From Escherichia coli (GTDB lineage: Bacteria; Pseudomonadota; Gammaproteobacteria; Enterobacterales; Enterobacteriaceae), in the NCBI RefSeq assembly GCF_003334255.1, contig NZ_QOWU01000065.1: DNA of 23,863 bases. One strand, written 5' to 3'. The notes beneath the pieces were generated by a model, which did not search any database, was not told the origin of the DNA, and saw only the letters and a program-made list of their open reading frames with translations. Of this stretch, positions 1 to 8,726 are shown in pieces; within the stretch, counting starts at the first letter, position 1, and each line of letters starts with the position of its first letter. The position numbers and the translations under genes are program-made.

Positions 1-89
1 CTCCGTCTAATTTAGAAGGAGCTCTAATTTAGTCTGCAAGGAGCAGGTGTTACAGACGGCATTGGCTTTACGCTTACAGTTATTACTGA

Positions 90-338
90 AACTACAACAA
101 CATTATCACTATCTTGTTGGGCATCAGCAAGCGAGGCAACAAGAAGATACGAACCTTGCTGGTTCAGTGCGCCAGAGTATTTATACAAAAACTGGAACAC
201 CAGTCAGGCAGGTTGGCCGACTGGGTCCGGGAGTTACTGTGCCGGAAAAGTAACTTTGTCGTGACTTGCGCTCTGGCAAACAAGCTGGCCAGAATAGCCT
301 GGGCACTAACAACACGGCAGCAAACTTACGAAGCATAG
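90..338 (+). pseudogene. IS110-family transposase, 3'-terminal remnant (last ~75 codons only)
   Basis: Translation ...LLGISKRGNKKIRTLLVQCARV...FVVTCALANKLARIAWALTTRQQTYEA matches the conserved C-terminal region of IS110-family transposases. The same frame has a stop at 87-89 and no other frame upstream looks transposase-like, so only the 3' end of the gene is present. Confidence 0.5.
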
Positions 339-595
339 TGAGAGTTATATCTGTTTAAACAATCACTCATCTGGTTTTGCGGATACTGATTATTGATGAT
401 ACGAACGGCCCACCGGCCTGTTGAGGAACCTGTGAAACGGAAAGGCTCATTGAAGCCGTATATTTTCTTGAGGTTCATCAGGCGCGGAACTCATCGAGGC
501 GCGGGAATAAAATCCCATTCAGACGCCGGATAGATTCAAGCAAGCCCACTTATCGTCAAAATCGGTGTTGCAAAAACGGGAGTGACCATAGAGTC

Positions 596-625
596 CGTTT
601 CCCAAACCGCCGTTTCCCAAACCGC
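596..625. repeat. Perfect tandem duplication of a 15-bp unit (cgtttcccaaaccgc x2)
   Basis: Units at 596-610 and 611-625 are identical by direct reading. Confidence 0.9.
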
Positions 626-630
626 CCCCT

Positions 631-668
631 AAAAAACAAGCCGATGATCGTATTTAGCGATCATCGGC
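631..668 (-). terminator. Rho-independent terminator of the minus-strand MFS gene
   Basis: Perfect 11-bp inverted repeat gccgatgatcg / cgatcatcggc (640-650 and 658-668, loop tatttag). On the minus strand it is followed by ttgtttttt (plus-strand A-run 631-636). It lies 14 bp past the stop codon at 682-684. Confidence 0.75.
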
Positions 669-681
669 ATTGTGGTGAAAC

Positions 682-2115
682 TTAATCAGAATAACGTTCG
701 GTTTGAATTGGCTGCAGTTTTTTTCTGCGTTTTGCTAACACTACGCTCTCCATTTTCTCCAGCGAAATGCCTTTTGTTTCCGGCAGGTAACGGCAGATAA
801 AGAAGTAACTGAAGATGCAGCAGATGGCGAATATCCACATTGGAAATGCGCCGTGGAAATGCGAAAGTAAATACGGGTTTTCATTAATCATCGGGAAGAA
901 TTGCGAAACTAAAAAGTTTGCCATCCACATAAATCCGACCGAAATACTCATTCCCTGCGACCTCATCCGGTTAGGGAATATTTCAGAAATAAGCACCCAT
1001 GCACCCACGCCCCAGGAAAGCGCGTAGAAAATCATAAAGAACAGCATACCGAATAGCGCGAAATAACCGGTTGCCTGGCTGTACAGCGCCCATGAGGTGA
1101 GCAACAAGCCGATGATGCTGCCAATAGTGCCTTTACGCATCAGCGACAAACGCCCCATCTTATCCATAATCATTGCGCCAATAATGGAACCGATAAGCTG
1201 AATCACGCCGATCCAGATTGTCTGGAACAGGGCCTCCTGGGCGCTATCGGTCACATCCTTAAGGACGATTGGCGCGTAATACATCATGACGTTAACCCCT
1301 GTTACCTGTTGCAGTATAGCGATCATGCAGCCCAGAATCAGGATGAAACGCACGTTCCCGTCGCGGTAATTAAGTTTTTGATGGGCGTTTAGTTGGTCGT
1401 TTTGCAGTGAGGTTTTTATATCGGCAAGAAGATGTCTGGCATGTTCTTCGTTGGATATTTTGGTCAGTATTTTTAGCGTCTCCTCCTCGCGACCAATCAT
1501 CATCATCCAGCGGGGAGATTCCGGGATTAAAAAGACTAAAATACAGAACAAAATGCAGGGAATAATACCCGCAGCAAACATATAGCGCCAGCCAAGTTCA
1601 ATGAGCCAGGTATCCGCTGCAATCGATGCTATTTTGTAGTTAACGTAGAAGATCAGAATCTGACCGAAAACGATAGCAAACTGCTGCATACTTAATGCTC
1701 TGCCGCGCATGTTTTTCGGTGAGACTTCAGACATATACATCGGTGATACTGTTGCCGCCAGGCCGACTGCCAGTCCACCGATAATGCGATAAATCACAAA
1801 ATGGGTGAACGTGTAGGAGAGGGAGGTGCCCACTGCGGAAATAGTGAATAACAGCGCTGAAACCATCAATGATTTCTTGCGTCCAAAACGTTTGGATAAA
1901 TATCCGGCGCTAAACGAACCAATAACGCACCCCACCACAACGCAGGAAACCGCCCAGCCGATCTCAGCAGGAGATAGATGAAAGTAGCTGGTCAGTGAAC
2001 CAATCGCACCTGAAATAACAGCAGTATCGTAGCCAAATAATATTCCGCCCAGTGCGGCAATCGCGCAGATGCGTAATATGTAACCCGTATTATAACGACT
2101 ATTTGATGTGAACAT
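682..2115 (-). CDS. iolT1: MFS sugar-porter family transporter, myo-inositol:H+ symporter type (IolT-like), 477 aa
   Basis: Long ORF with sugar-porter hallmarks (GxLFGYD..., paired 6-TM halves, PESPRW, PETKG). Start moved to the internal ATG at 2113-2115 (MFTSNSRY...), which has a GGAG about 10 nt upstream and gives the same length as the paralog; the ORF-track start at 2175 has no SD. The paralog number is inferred from gene order and is uncertain. Confidence 0.8.
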   Translation of the reverse strand: MFTSNSRYNTGYILRICAIAALGGILFGYDTAVISGAIGSLTSYFHLSPAEIGWAVSCVVVGCVIGSFSAGYLSKRFGRKKSLMVSALLFTISAVGTSLSYTFTHFVIYRIIGGLAVGLAATVSPMYMSEVSPKNMRGRALSMQQFAIVFGQILIFYVNYKIASIAADTWLIELGWRYMFAAGIIPCILFCILVFLIPESPRWMMMIGREEETLKILTKISNEEHARHLLADIKTSLQNDQLNAHQKLNYRDGNVRFILILGCMIAILQQVTGVNVMMYYAPIVLKDVTDSAQEALFQTIWIGVIQLIGSIIGAMIMDKMGRLSLMRKGTIGSIIGLLLTSWALYSQATGYFALFGMLFFMIFYALSWGVGAWVLISEIFPNRMRSQGMSISVGFMWMANFLVSQFFPMINENPYLLSHFHGAFPMWIFAICCIFSYFFICRYLPETKGISLEKMESVVLAKRRKKLQPIQTERYSD

Positions 2116-2585
2116 AGGTAGATTATCTCCAGAATAAACTTCATCTATATCTATCTGTTTGAATTTAGTGAACAAATAGACAAAGACAAATTCATCTTCT
2201 GTCGGTCATTGCCGTAGCTCTGCCGACGATCTTATAGCTATTGAGAACTCTTGTTTCACAACCTATGTTTTAATTTCAAAACGTTCAATAATGAAACTTG
2301 TGTTTTGTTATGGGTGTCACATTTCGAATTTCATAATCCTGGCGTTTTTTATCGTTAAGATGCTGCGTTTTGCGCAGCACCCTCCTGTATCTTGATGAAT
2401 TTAATTGATTTTATTGCTTTCGTGACAGTGCCTGAACTCAATTTGTCAGGGGCTGTACTTTTTGTTCTTTCCTGGAACATCTCCATTTCGTGAACTTTTG
2501 CATGGAATTTTTCTTCTAATGAATGCAAAAATAAAATGAATAATTTCATTAGTGTGTTGTTTCCTCAACAGGCAAGGGAGGGATT
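2116..2585. promoter_or_regulatory. AT-rich divergent intergenic region carrying the promoters of both iolT-like genes
   Basis: About 470 bp with no convincing ORF between divergently oriented transporter genes; contains a short hairpin tgctgcg-ttttg-cgcagca near 2373-2391. The 64-aa ORF at 2355..2549 is judged spurious. Confidence 0.5.
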
Positions 2586-4022
2586 ATGTCTCAGAGAAGT
2601 AAGTACAATTCGGCCTATGTGTACGTCCTGTGTTGTATTGCGGCGCTGGCTGGATTGATGTTTGGTTATTCAACGGCGGTGATTACCGGGGTAGTATTGC
2701 CTTTACAGCAGTATTACCAACTGACGCCAACCGAGACCGGATGGGCCGTTTCCAGTATCGTGATTGGTTGTATCATCGGCGCGCTGGTCGGTGGAAAAAT
2801 TGCCGATAAACTGGGGCGTAAACCTGCGCTTCTGATCATTGCGATCATTTTTATCGCTTCTTCCTTAGGGGCGGCGATGAGTGAATCGTTCATGATCTTC
2901 TCCCTTTCCCGCATTGTGTGTGGTTTTGCGGTTGGGATGGCCGGAACGGCATCCACCATGTATATGTCTGAACTGGCGCCTGCTGAAATTCGCGGCAAAG
3001 CGCTGGGCATTTACAATATTTCCGTGGTATCTGGCCAGGTTATCGTGTTTATAGTCAACTATCTGATAGCAAAAGGAATGCCTGCTGATGTGTTGGTTTC
3101 CCAGGGCTGGAAGACTATGCTTTTTGCCCAAGTGGTACCCTCCATTGCGATGTTAGCGATTACGCTTTTCCTACCCGAATCACCGGCATGGTGCGCCCGT
3201 AACAACCGCAGCGAAGCCCGTTCGATAAAGGTGCTTACCCGGATCTACAGTGGATTAACGGCCACAGATGTGGCCGCTATTTTTGACAGCATGAAAGAAA
3301 CCGTACGTCCACAGGACAACGTCGCCGGGGGAGAACGCACCAACCTGAAAAGCTCGCCGGTGCTCCGCTATATTCTGTTGGTTGGATGCTGTATCGCCGT
3401 TTTGCAACAGTTCACAGGCGTTAACGTAATGAACTATTATGCGCCGCTGGTGTTGCAGAACAGCAGTACCGAAGTGGTTATGTTCCAGACCATTTTTATC
3501 GCGGTATGTAATGTGGTGGGCAGTTTTATCGGCATGATCCTGTTCGACCGCTATGGCCGTATACCGATTATGAAAATTGGTACCATCGGCTCAATTGTCG
3601 GCCTGTTGATCGCGTCATACGGTTTGTACACCCATGATACAGGCTACATTACCATCTTTGGCATCCTGTTTTTTATGCTGCTGTTTGCCGTCAGCTGGAG
3701 CGTTGGCGCATGGGTACTGATTTCTGAGGTTTTCCCTGAAAAGATAAAAGGTTTTGGGATGGGGCTGGCGGTGAGTCTGATGTGGATAGCCAACTTCCTC
3801 ATCTCACTGTTGTTCCCGGTCATAAATGATAACGCCTGGCTGCAGGAGACCTTCGGCGGCGCTTTCTCGATGTGGATTTTTGTCGTCTTTAATTTGGTCT
3901 GCTATATCTTTATTTCTCGTTATGTGCCGGAAACAAAAGGGGTGCCGCTAACAGAAATTGAACGGCTGGCCGAGAACAAGCTGCGTGAAATTCAGGGGAA
4001 ACGTCGCGATGTAATAGCCTGA
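2586..4022 (+). CDS. iolT2: MFS sugar-porter family transporter, myo-inositol:H+ symporter type (IolT-like), 478 aa
   Basis: ATG at 2586 preceded by aagggaggg; sugar-porter motifs (GLMFGY, PESPAW, PETKG); paralogous to the 682..2115 gene. Paralog number inferred from gene order. Confidence 0.8.
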   Translation: MSQRSKYNSAYVYVLCCIAALAGLMFGYSTAVITGVVLPLQQYYQLTPTETGWAVSSIVIGCIIGALVGGKIADKLGRKPALLIIAIIFIASSLGAAMSESFMIFSLSRIVCGFAVGMAGTASTMYMSELAPAEIRGKALGIYNISVVSGQVIVFIVNYLIAKGMPADVLVSQGWKTMLFAQVVPSIAMLAITLFLPESPAWCARNNRSEARSIKVLTRIYSGLTATDVAAIFDSMKETVRPQDNVAGGERTNLKSSPVLRYILLVGCCIAVLQQFTGVNVMNYYAPLVLQNSSTEVVMFQTIFIAVCNVVGSFIGMILFDRYGRIPIMKIGTIGSIVGLLIASYGLYTHDTGYITIFGILFFMLLFAVSWSVGAWVLISEVFPEKIKGFGMGLAVSLMWIANFLISLLFPVINDNAWLQETFGGAFSMWIFVVFNLVCYIFISRYVPETKGVPLTEIERLAENKLREIQGKRRDVIA

Positions 4023-4037
4023 TACCTCTCCAATATT

Positions 4038-4067
4038 AGCGGAGAATATCCAGAGATATTCTCCGCT
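4038..4067 (+). other. Perfect 12-bp-arm stem-loop 16 bp downstream of iolT2 (possible terminator or protein-binding palindrome)
   Basis: agcggagaatat / atattctccgct with 6-nt loop ccagag; not followed by a U-tract. Confidence 0.4.
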
Positions 4068-4333
4068 GGTTACACAACCTTTACTCCCTCCAGCGAGTGC
4101 GCACAGGATATACCCTGTTGAAACCTCCCCAGTGTTTACCACCTCTATGTAACTAATTGATCCATAATAATATCGGCAAATAGGGTAAGTCTTCTTCTGC
4201 ATCATTATTTTATTGCGTATTCCTGGTGGGGGCCGTGCCGTAAATACGCTATATACAAAACAGGGAAATAATTTTAGAGAAGGTGGATAGCGATCTTATG
4301 AGCGTGTGTGGCGCAGAGTTGAATAATAAATAT

Positions 4334-4357
4334 CCTCCGGCATAGCCGGAGGTTTTT
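4334..4357. terminator. Canonical hairpin plus T-tract, possibly the pre-existing bidirectional terminator between the convergent iolT2 and iolB
   Basis: cctccggc-ata-gccggagg (8-bp perfect stem) followed by ttttt on the plus strand; an A/T-rich run also precedes it. It sits at the inferred right end of the IS200 copy. Confidence 0.5.
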
Positions 4358-4433
4358 CTGATGCGCCTGTAAGGCTCTCTTACCAGCCGCGTCCTAACAG
4401 GCGCATACGATCTGACATTTGCATCAAACTTCG

Positions 4434-4865
4434 TTACTTACGGCCCGTAAACGGGCTGCCCGTTTTATCCTCTTCAAGCTGGTGCTTTATGTATTCCCGT
4501 ATCTTCGCCGTGTTCTTACCCACCGTATCGACATAGTACCCTCTGCACCAGAACTCCCTGTTCCTGTATTTGAATTTTAGATCCCCAAACTGCTCGTAAA
4601 GCATCAGACTACTTTTACCCTTCAGATACCCCATGAAGCTCGACACACTCATCTTCGGCGGGATCTCCAGAAGCATGTGAATATGATCTGCACAACATTC
4701 CGCTTCCAGAATTCGTACGTTTTTCCATTCACACAATTTTCTTAATATGCTGCCTACTGCCCTACGCTTCTCTCCATAGAACGCTTGTCTTCGGTATTTG
4801 GGCGCGAAAACTATGTGATATTTACAGTTCCATCGGGTGTGCGCTAAGCTCTTTTCGTCCCCCAT
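4434..4865 (-). CDS. tnpA: IS200 transposase TnpA (HUH Y1 transposase), 143 aa as encoded here
   Basis: MGDEKSLAHTRWNCKYHIVFAPKYRRQ...ADHIHMLLEIPP...RGYYVDTVG, i.e. the HxH motif and catalytic Tyr region of IS200 TnpA. Start placed at the ATG at 4863-4865 (SD aaggggg); the ORF-track start at 4916 is a TTG in the 5' UTR. Confidence 0.9.
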   Translation of the reverse strand: MGDEKSLAHTRWNCKYHIVFAPKYRRQAFYGEKRRAVGSILRKLCEWKNVRILEAECCADHIHMLLEIPPKMSVSSFMGYLKGKSSLMLYEQFGDLKFKYRNREFWCRGYYVDTVGKNTAKIREYIKHQLEEDKTGSPFTGRK

Positions 4866-5007
4866 TGGGACCCCCTTTTGATTTCTTGTTGAACTTTTGC
4901 AGTTGCCAGACCGCAAGATGTTTTAACAAATCAAAAGGGGTTTTAATAACTGGCTTAAAGCTGAAAGCTTTCCGGCCCCCCCAGCCTAGCTGGGGGGGGG
5001 CATAGAC

Positions 5008-5036
5008 AAAAAAGCCAGCCGCAGAGGACGGCTGGC
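5008..5036 (-). terminator. Hairpin plus U-tract at the IS200 left end; also serves as terminator for iolB read-through
   Basis: On the minus strand gccagccg-tcctctg-cggctggc is followed by tttttt; it lies 22 bp downstream of the iolB stop at 5058-5060. Confidence 0.7.
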
Positions 5037-5057
5037 AAAGTACCACTCAACGAAGTG

Positions 5058-5867
5058 TTATCGCGGGTAGTCTGGTGAGTTAATCCACGCGTGGTTCTCT
5101 TCCCAGGTGAAACGCCATTTTCGTAGCGGGCCGGCCATCACGTTCAGATAGTAGTTATCGTAACCCGCGATGGTGGCAACCGGGTGGTAGCCTTTAGGTA
5201 CTTTCACTACATCCCGGTTATAGACCGCCATACATTCATCCAGGCTGCGATCGTCGGTGTAGACGCGCTGTAAGCAGAATCCCTGAGGTGGATTGAAACG
5301 GTGATAGTATGTCTCTTCCAGATAGGTCTCCTGGCCTTCAACTGCCGTATCGTGCTTGTGTGCGGGCCAGGAGCTGGTATCGCCTTCATTAGTGTACACT
5401 TCAACGACTAGCAGGCTGTCGGCGAGCTGGCTATCAGGAAGGATGTTATGCACCAGGCGCTGATTGCGCCCTTTTCCCCGATGCTCTACCCCGACCTCTT
5501 GTGGCGAGATCAGACGTACTGGAAGCTCTCCGAATCCCGGCGCGCTGCATACGGCCAGCTCAAGGTCGGTTTCGGCTGTCACTTTCGCCTCCGTATGATG
5601 GGGGAGGTAAACCGAATAAGCTGGAATGCGTTCAAACGGACTCATGCGCTGACCAATCCGATAGAAAAAACTGTCGGCGGCCTTAACGCTGGCCAGCCCG
5701 GCAACCAGCACCAGACAGCGTTCACGCTCATCGGACGGCAGGGTTATCGACTCTCCAGCCTTCAACTGCCAGACATCAAAACCGACATACTCCCAGCCTG
5801 CATTTTGAGGGGAAATGTGTTGGATATTTCCCGACTCAGAGGTACAGGTACTCAGCAAGTTGGCCAT
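5058..5867 (-). CDS. iolB: 5-deoxy-glucuronate isomerase IolB
   Basis: 269 aa; the C-terminal half (HRGKG...VHNILPDS...LLVVEVYT...HKHD...YLEETYYH...QRVYTDDRS...YYLNVMAGP) aligns with Bacillus IolB; SD aggag upstream; 24 bp after the iolA stop. Confidence 0.85.
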   Translation of the reverse strand: MANLLSTCTSESGNIQHISPQNAGWEYVGFDVWQLKAGESITLPSDERERCLVLVAGLASVKAADSFFYRIGQRMSPFERIPAYSVYLPHHTEAKVTAETDLELAVCSAPGFGELPVRLISPQEVGVEHRGKGRNQRLVHNILPDSQLADSLLVVEVYTNEGDTSSWPAHKHDTAVEGQETYLEETYYHRFNPPQGFCLQRVYTDDRSLDECMAVYNRDVVKVPKGYHPVATIAGYDNYYLNVMAGPLRKWRFTWEENHAWINSPDYPR

Positions 5868-5891
5868 AATCTTCTCCTTCCTGAAAGCGTA

Positions 5892-7397
5892 TTAACCGAG
5901 AGTTGGCATACTGAACTCCGATACGATCTGCTGTCCGTTCGGCCAACGCGAGGTAACGGTTTTCATCCGGGTATAGAAGCGCACGCCATCCGGCCCATGG
6001 ACGTTCAGGGCGCCAAACACCGAGCGCTTCCAGCCGCCAAAAGAGTGAAATGCCATCGGAACCGGAACTGGAATATTAATACCGACCATCCCGGCTTCAA
6101 CCGACTGGGCGAATTCGCGCGCATAGTGACCGTTGGTGGTGAAAATCACGCTGCCGTTGCCGAATTCATGGGAGTTTACCGTGCTAATGGCGGTGGCATA
6201 ATCCGGGACGCGCACAATTCCGAGAACCGGGCCAAAAATTTCTTCACGCCAGATGGTCATCTCAGGCGTGACGTTATCAAACAGAGTGCCGCCGACATAA
6301 AAGCCTTCAGGATATCCCGCCACGCTATAGTTGCGGCCATCCATGACCAGAGTTGCTCCCTCGCTAACCCCTTTGTCGATGTAACCCAACACTTTCTGTT
6401 GATGAGCACGTGAAACAACCGGGCCCATTTCATTTTCATCTTTGCCGCGCAGCTCTCCCGGGCCGATACGTAGCGCCGCAATCAGCGGTTTCAGGCGTTC
6501 GATCAGACGGTCCGCCGTTTCATCGCCCACCGCGACCACTACCGGCAGCGCCATACAGCGTTCGCCCGCGGAACCAAATGCTCCGCCCATAATGGCGTTG
6601 ACGGTGGCGTCCAGATCTGCATCCGGCATGACGATTGCGTGATTTTTGGCGGCCCCGAAGGCCTGTACGCGTTTGCCATGGGCGCTGGCGGTGGTATAGA
6701 TATGTTCCGCGACGGCGGAGGAACCGACAAAGCTGACGGCCTGTACGCGAGGGTCGCTGGTCAACAGGCTAGCCGCCTCATTGCCACAGTGAACAACGTT
6801 AAACACGCCGTCCGGCAGGCCAGCCTCCTGCAGAAGCTGCGCCATACGTAACGATGCGGACGGCACCAGTGCGGGCGGCTTCAGGACGAAGGTATTGCCG
6901 CAAGCCAGAGCAACCGGGAACATCCACATAGGCACCATTGCCGGGAAGTTAAACGGTGTGATGCCTGCCACAACCCCAAGCGGCTGCATTAATGAAAAGC
7001 TGTCAACGCCTGAGCCGACGTTAAAGGAGTACTCTCCTTTGCTGAGATGCGGGATCCCGCAGGCAAATTCGACAACCTCTATGCCGCGCGTCAGTTCGCC
7101 AAGCGCATCTGACCAGACCTTGCCATGCTCGCTGACGATCAGCGCCGCCAGTTCGTCCCGATGCTTTTCCAGTAATACTTTGAATTCAAAAAGGATACGT
7201 GCCCGGCGTAGCGGAGTCATTTTACTCCATGCCGGAAAAGCCTCATGTGCGCTTTGAATTGCCGCCAGCATCTCCTCTCGGGTGCTCTGGGTGACCTGAC
7301 GAATTACTTTACCGGTGGCCGGATTAGCCACCGGTAGCGTCTCGCCGCTGCTGCTCAGTGTCGTTTTACCATGAATAAAATTGCCGACTGTTTCCAT
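5892..7397 (-). CDS. iolA: Methylmalonate-semialdehyde dehydrogenase (CoA-acylating) IolA, aldehyde dehydrogenase family
   Basis: 501-aa ORF with aldehyde-dehydrogenase architecture; first gene of the iolA-iolB pair; SD aagagga upstream of the ATG. Confidence 0.85.
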   Translation of the reverse strand: METVGNFIHGKTTLSSSGETLPVANPATGKVIRQVTQSTREEMLAAIQSAHEAFPAWSKMTPLRRARILFEFKVLLEKHRDELAALIVSEHGKVWSDALGELTRGIEVVEFACGIPHLSKGEYSFNVGSGVDSFSLMQPLGVVAGITPFNFPAMVPMWMFPVALACGNTFVLKPPALVPSASLRMAQLLQEAGLPDGVFNVVHCGNEAASLLTSDPRVQAVSFVGSSAVAEHIYTTASAHGKRVQAFGAAKNHAIVMPDADLDATVNAIMGGAFGSAGERCMALPVVVAVGDETADRLIERLKPLIAALRIGPGELRGKDENEMGPVVSRAHQQKVLGYIDKGVSEGATLVMDGRNYSVAGYPEGFYVGGTLFDNVTPEMTIWREEIFGPVLGIVRVPDYATAISTVNSHEFGNGSVIFTTNGHYAREFAQSVEAGMVGINIPVPVPMAFHSFGGWKRSVFGALNVHGPDGVRFYTRMKTVTSRWPNGQQIVSEFSMPTLG

Positions 7398-7786
7398 CTC
7401 TTTTTTATCCTCTTAAACCGATGTTGACGACGTTCTGACTGAGCGGTCACAGGAAAGCCTGGTTATCTTCAGCCTAAAACGCATACCGTATTCAATGTAA
7501 ATTTTAGGATTAAAAATTTCAAATCTATTTTTATGAAATTTTATTTTGAAAATTTGACGACTGATTTTTATACGAGGGTATGTGCAGTAAGAAATCAAAA
7601 ATCCAATTAACTTATTGATTTTTATTGTTTTTATTTGGTGTGATATCAATGGTTGTTTGTTGTGATGAGGAAAGATTTGGAAAAAATTATGATCTATATA
7701 GCATTTTTGTTTCATTTGGTGTAGTATAAAAATTCAAATTTCAGGGGTGTTTCGGCACCACAGTTTCGGATATTGGAGGGTAAATC
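7398..7786. promoter_or_regulatory. AT-rich divergent promoter region between iolA and reiD
   Basis: About 390 bp of AT-rich non-coding DNA between divergent genes. Direct repeats atttggtgt(g/a)(a/g)tat at 7634-7647 and 7714-7727, and gtttcgg at 7749-7755 and 7763-7769 just upstream of the reiD SD (ggaggg, 7773-7778). Confidence 0.5.
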
Positions 7787-8656
7787 ATGCGCTTGTGCTT
7801 CTGTCCTTCAGAACGAGAGAATAAGCCCCAGTTGGCGTATGTGAGTCAGGTCAGTGAGAGCAATGGTCCGTATGTCCGGTTCATGCATATGCACCCACAG
7901 ACCGTTGAACTGATTCTTATCACCGAAGGAGACGGGGAGTATTTCATTGGCGATCGCATCTACCCGGTTCGTAAAGGCGACCTGGTCATTTATAACAGCC
8001 AGGTGGTGCATGATGAGTATCTGGAAAGCGGGCGGCCAATTGGCACTATTTGTTGTGGGATTAACAATATTTCGTGTCCGGGTCTACGTGAGAATGCGCT
8101 AATACCGGATGATATTGTGCCGGTTATTCCACTGTATCACCATTATGCGACGGTGGAAAAACTGATGAGCTCCGTGTTTACCGTTATTAATCAGCATGCG
8201 GTGGAAGGGCCAGCAATGGCGCAGCTATTGACCCAGGTAGTACTCAAATACATTGAGGGAAATGTCTTATTGCGCACAGGTAACGATGCCATACAGCGCC
8301 ATGAAAATTTACTTGATTCAATAAAATCCTATATTGATCGCAATTTCTATGAGCCAATTCGGCTGGATACACTGGCGACGAAATTTAATGTCAGTCCTTA
8401 TTATGTTTCCCATGAATTTAAACGCCGCTATGGTTATTCACCGATGGATTACCTGATAAAACGTAGGCTGGGGGAGGCTCAATCGTTACTAACCACGGAT
8501 AAAGGCGGGCGCGAAAAGATCACCTCTATTGCCTATCGTGTTGGCTTTAGCAACCTTAGTCATTTTCAGAATTACTTCAAAAATAAAGTGGGGAAAACAC
8601 CCGGTCAATATCGCAAGGACTATCGTAAAGCTAATTATTTATTATTTGAATATTAA
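7787..8656 (+). CDS. reiD: AraC/XylS-family transcriptional activator with N-terminal cupin-like domain (ReiD-like)
   Basis: 289 aa; C-terminal tandem helix-turn-helix typical of AraC regulators (...SPYYVSHEFKRRYGYSPMDYLIKRRLGEAQ...IAYRVGFSNLSHFQNYFK...). Position between iolA and iolE matches the described island layout. Confidence 0.75.
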   Translation: MRLCFCPSERENKPQLAYVSQVSESNGPYVRFMHMHPQTVELILITEGDGEYFIGDRIYPVRKGDLVIYNSQVVHDEYLESGRPIGTICCGINNISCPGLRENALIPDDIVPVIPLYHHYATVEKLMSSVFTVINQHAVEGPAMAQLLTQVVLKYIEGNVLLRTGNDAIQRHENLLDSIKSYIDRNFYEPIRLDTLATKFNVSPYYVSHEFKRRYGYSPMDYLIKRRLGEAQSLLTTDKGGREKITSIAYRVGFSNLSHFQNYFKNKVGKTPGQYRKDYRKANYLLFEY

Positions 8657-8683
8657 TGCTTGCTAAAATTTAATCGTCATGAG

Positions 8684-8715
8684 AATGGTCGCAATACTGC
8701 GGCCATTTTTTATTG
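8684..8715 (+). terminator. Rho-independent terminator of reiD
   Basis: aatggtcgca-atac-tgcggccatt (10-bp stem with one G-U pair) followed by tttttatt; 28 bp after the reiD stop. Confidence 0.7.
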
Positions 8716-8726
8716 TTATTCCTAAA

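Larger units (their letters stand above)
4359..5047 (-). mobile_element. IS200 insertion sequence (IS200/IS605 family); boundaries approximate to within about 30 bp
   Basis: Contains a tnpA whose product matches IS200 TnpA. The left end carries the characteristic hairpin plus T-run (5008-5036, minus strand) and a G/C-rich hairpin (4976-4998) upstream of the tnpA ribosome-binding site. Confidence 0.7.

Noticed and set aside
47-253. 68-aa plus-strand ORF at the left edge
   Set aside because: Overlaps the transposase-relic frame; Gln/Leu-rich translation does not resemble any part of an IS110-type transposase.
2355-2549. 64-aa ORF in the iolT1/iolT2 divergent region
   Set aside because: Lies in an AT-rich promoter region without a convincing ribosome-binding site; more likely regulatory DNA than a gene.
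4822-5046. 74-aa minus-strand ORF at the IS200 left end
   Set aside because: Spans the structured 5' UTR hairpins of IS200; the translation (poly-Gly/Pro from G/C runs) is an artefact of the hairpin sequence.
5448-6413. 321-aa plus-strand ORF overlapping iolB and iolA
   Set aside because: Antisense frame of two well-supported genes; GC-rich sequence yields long open frames by chance; no ribosome-binding site and no recognisable protein features.
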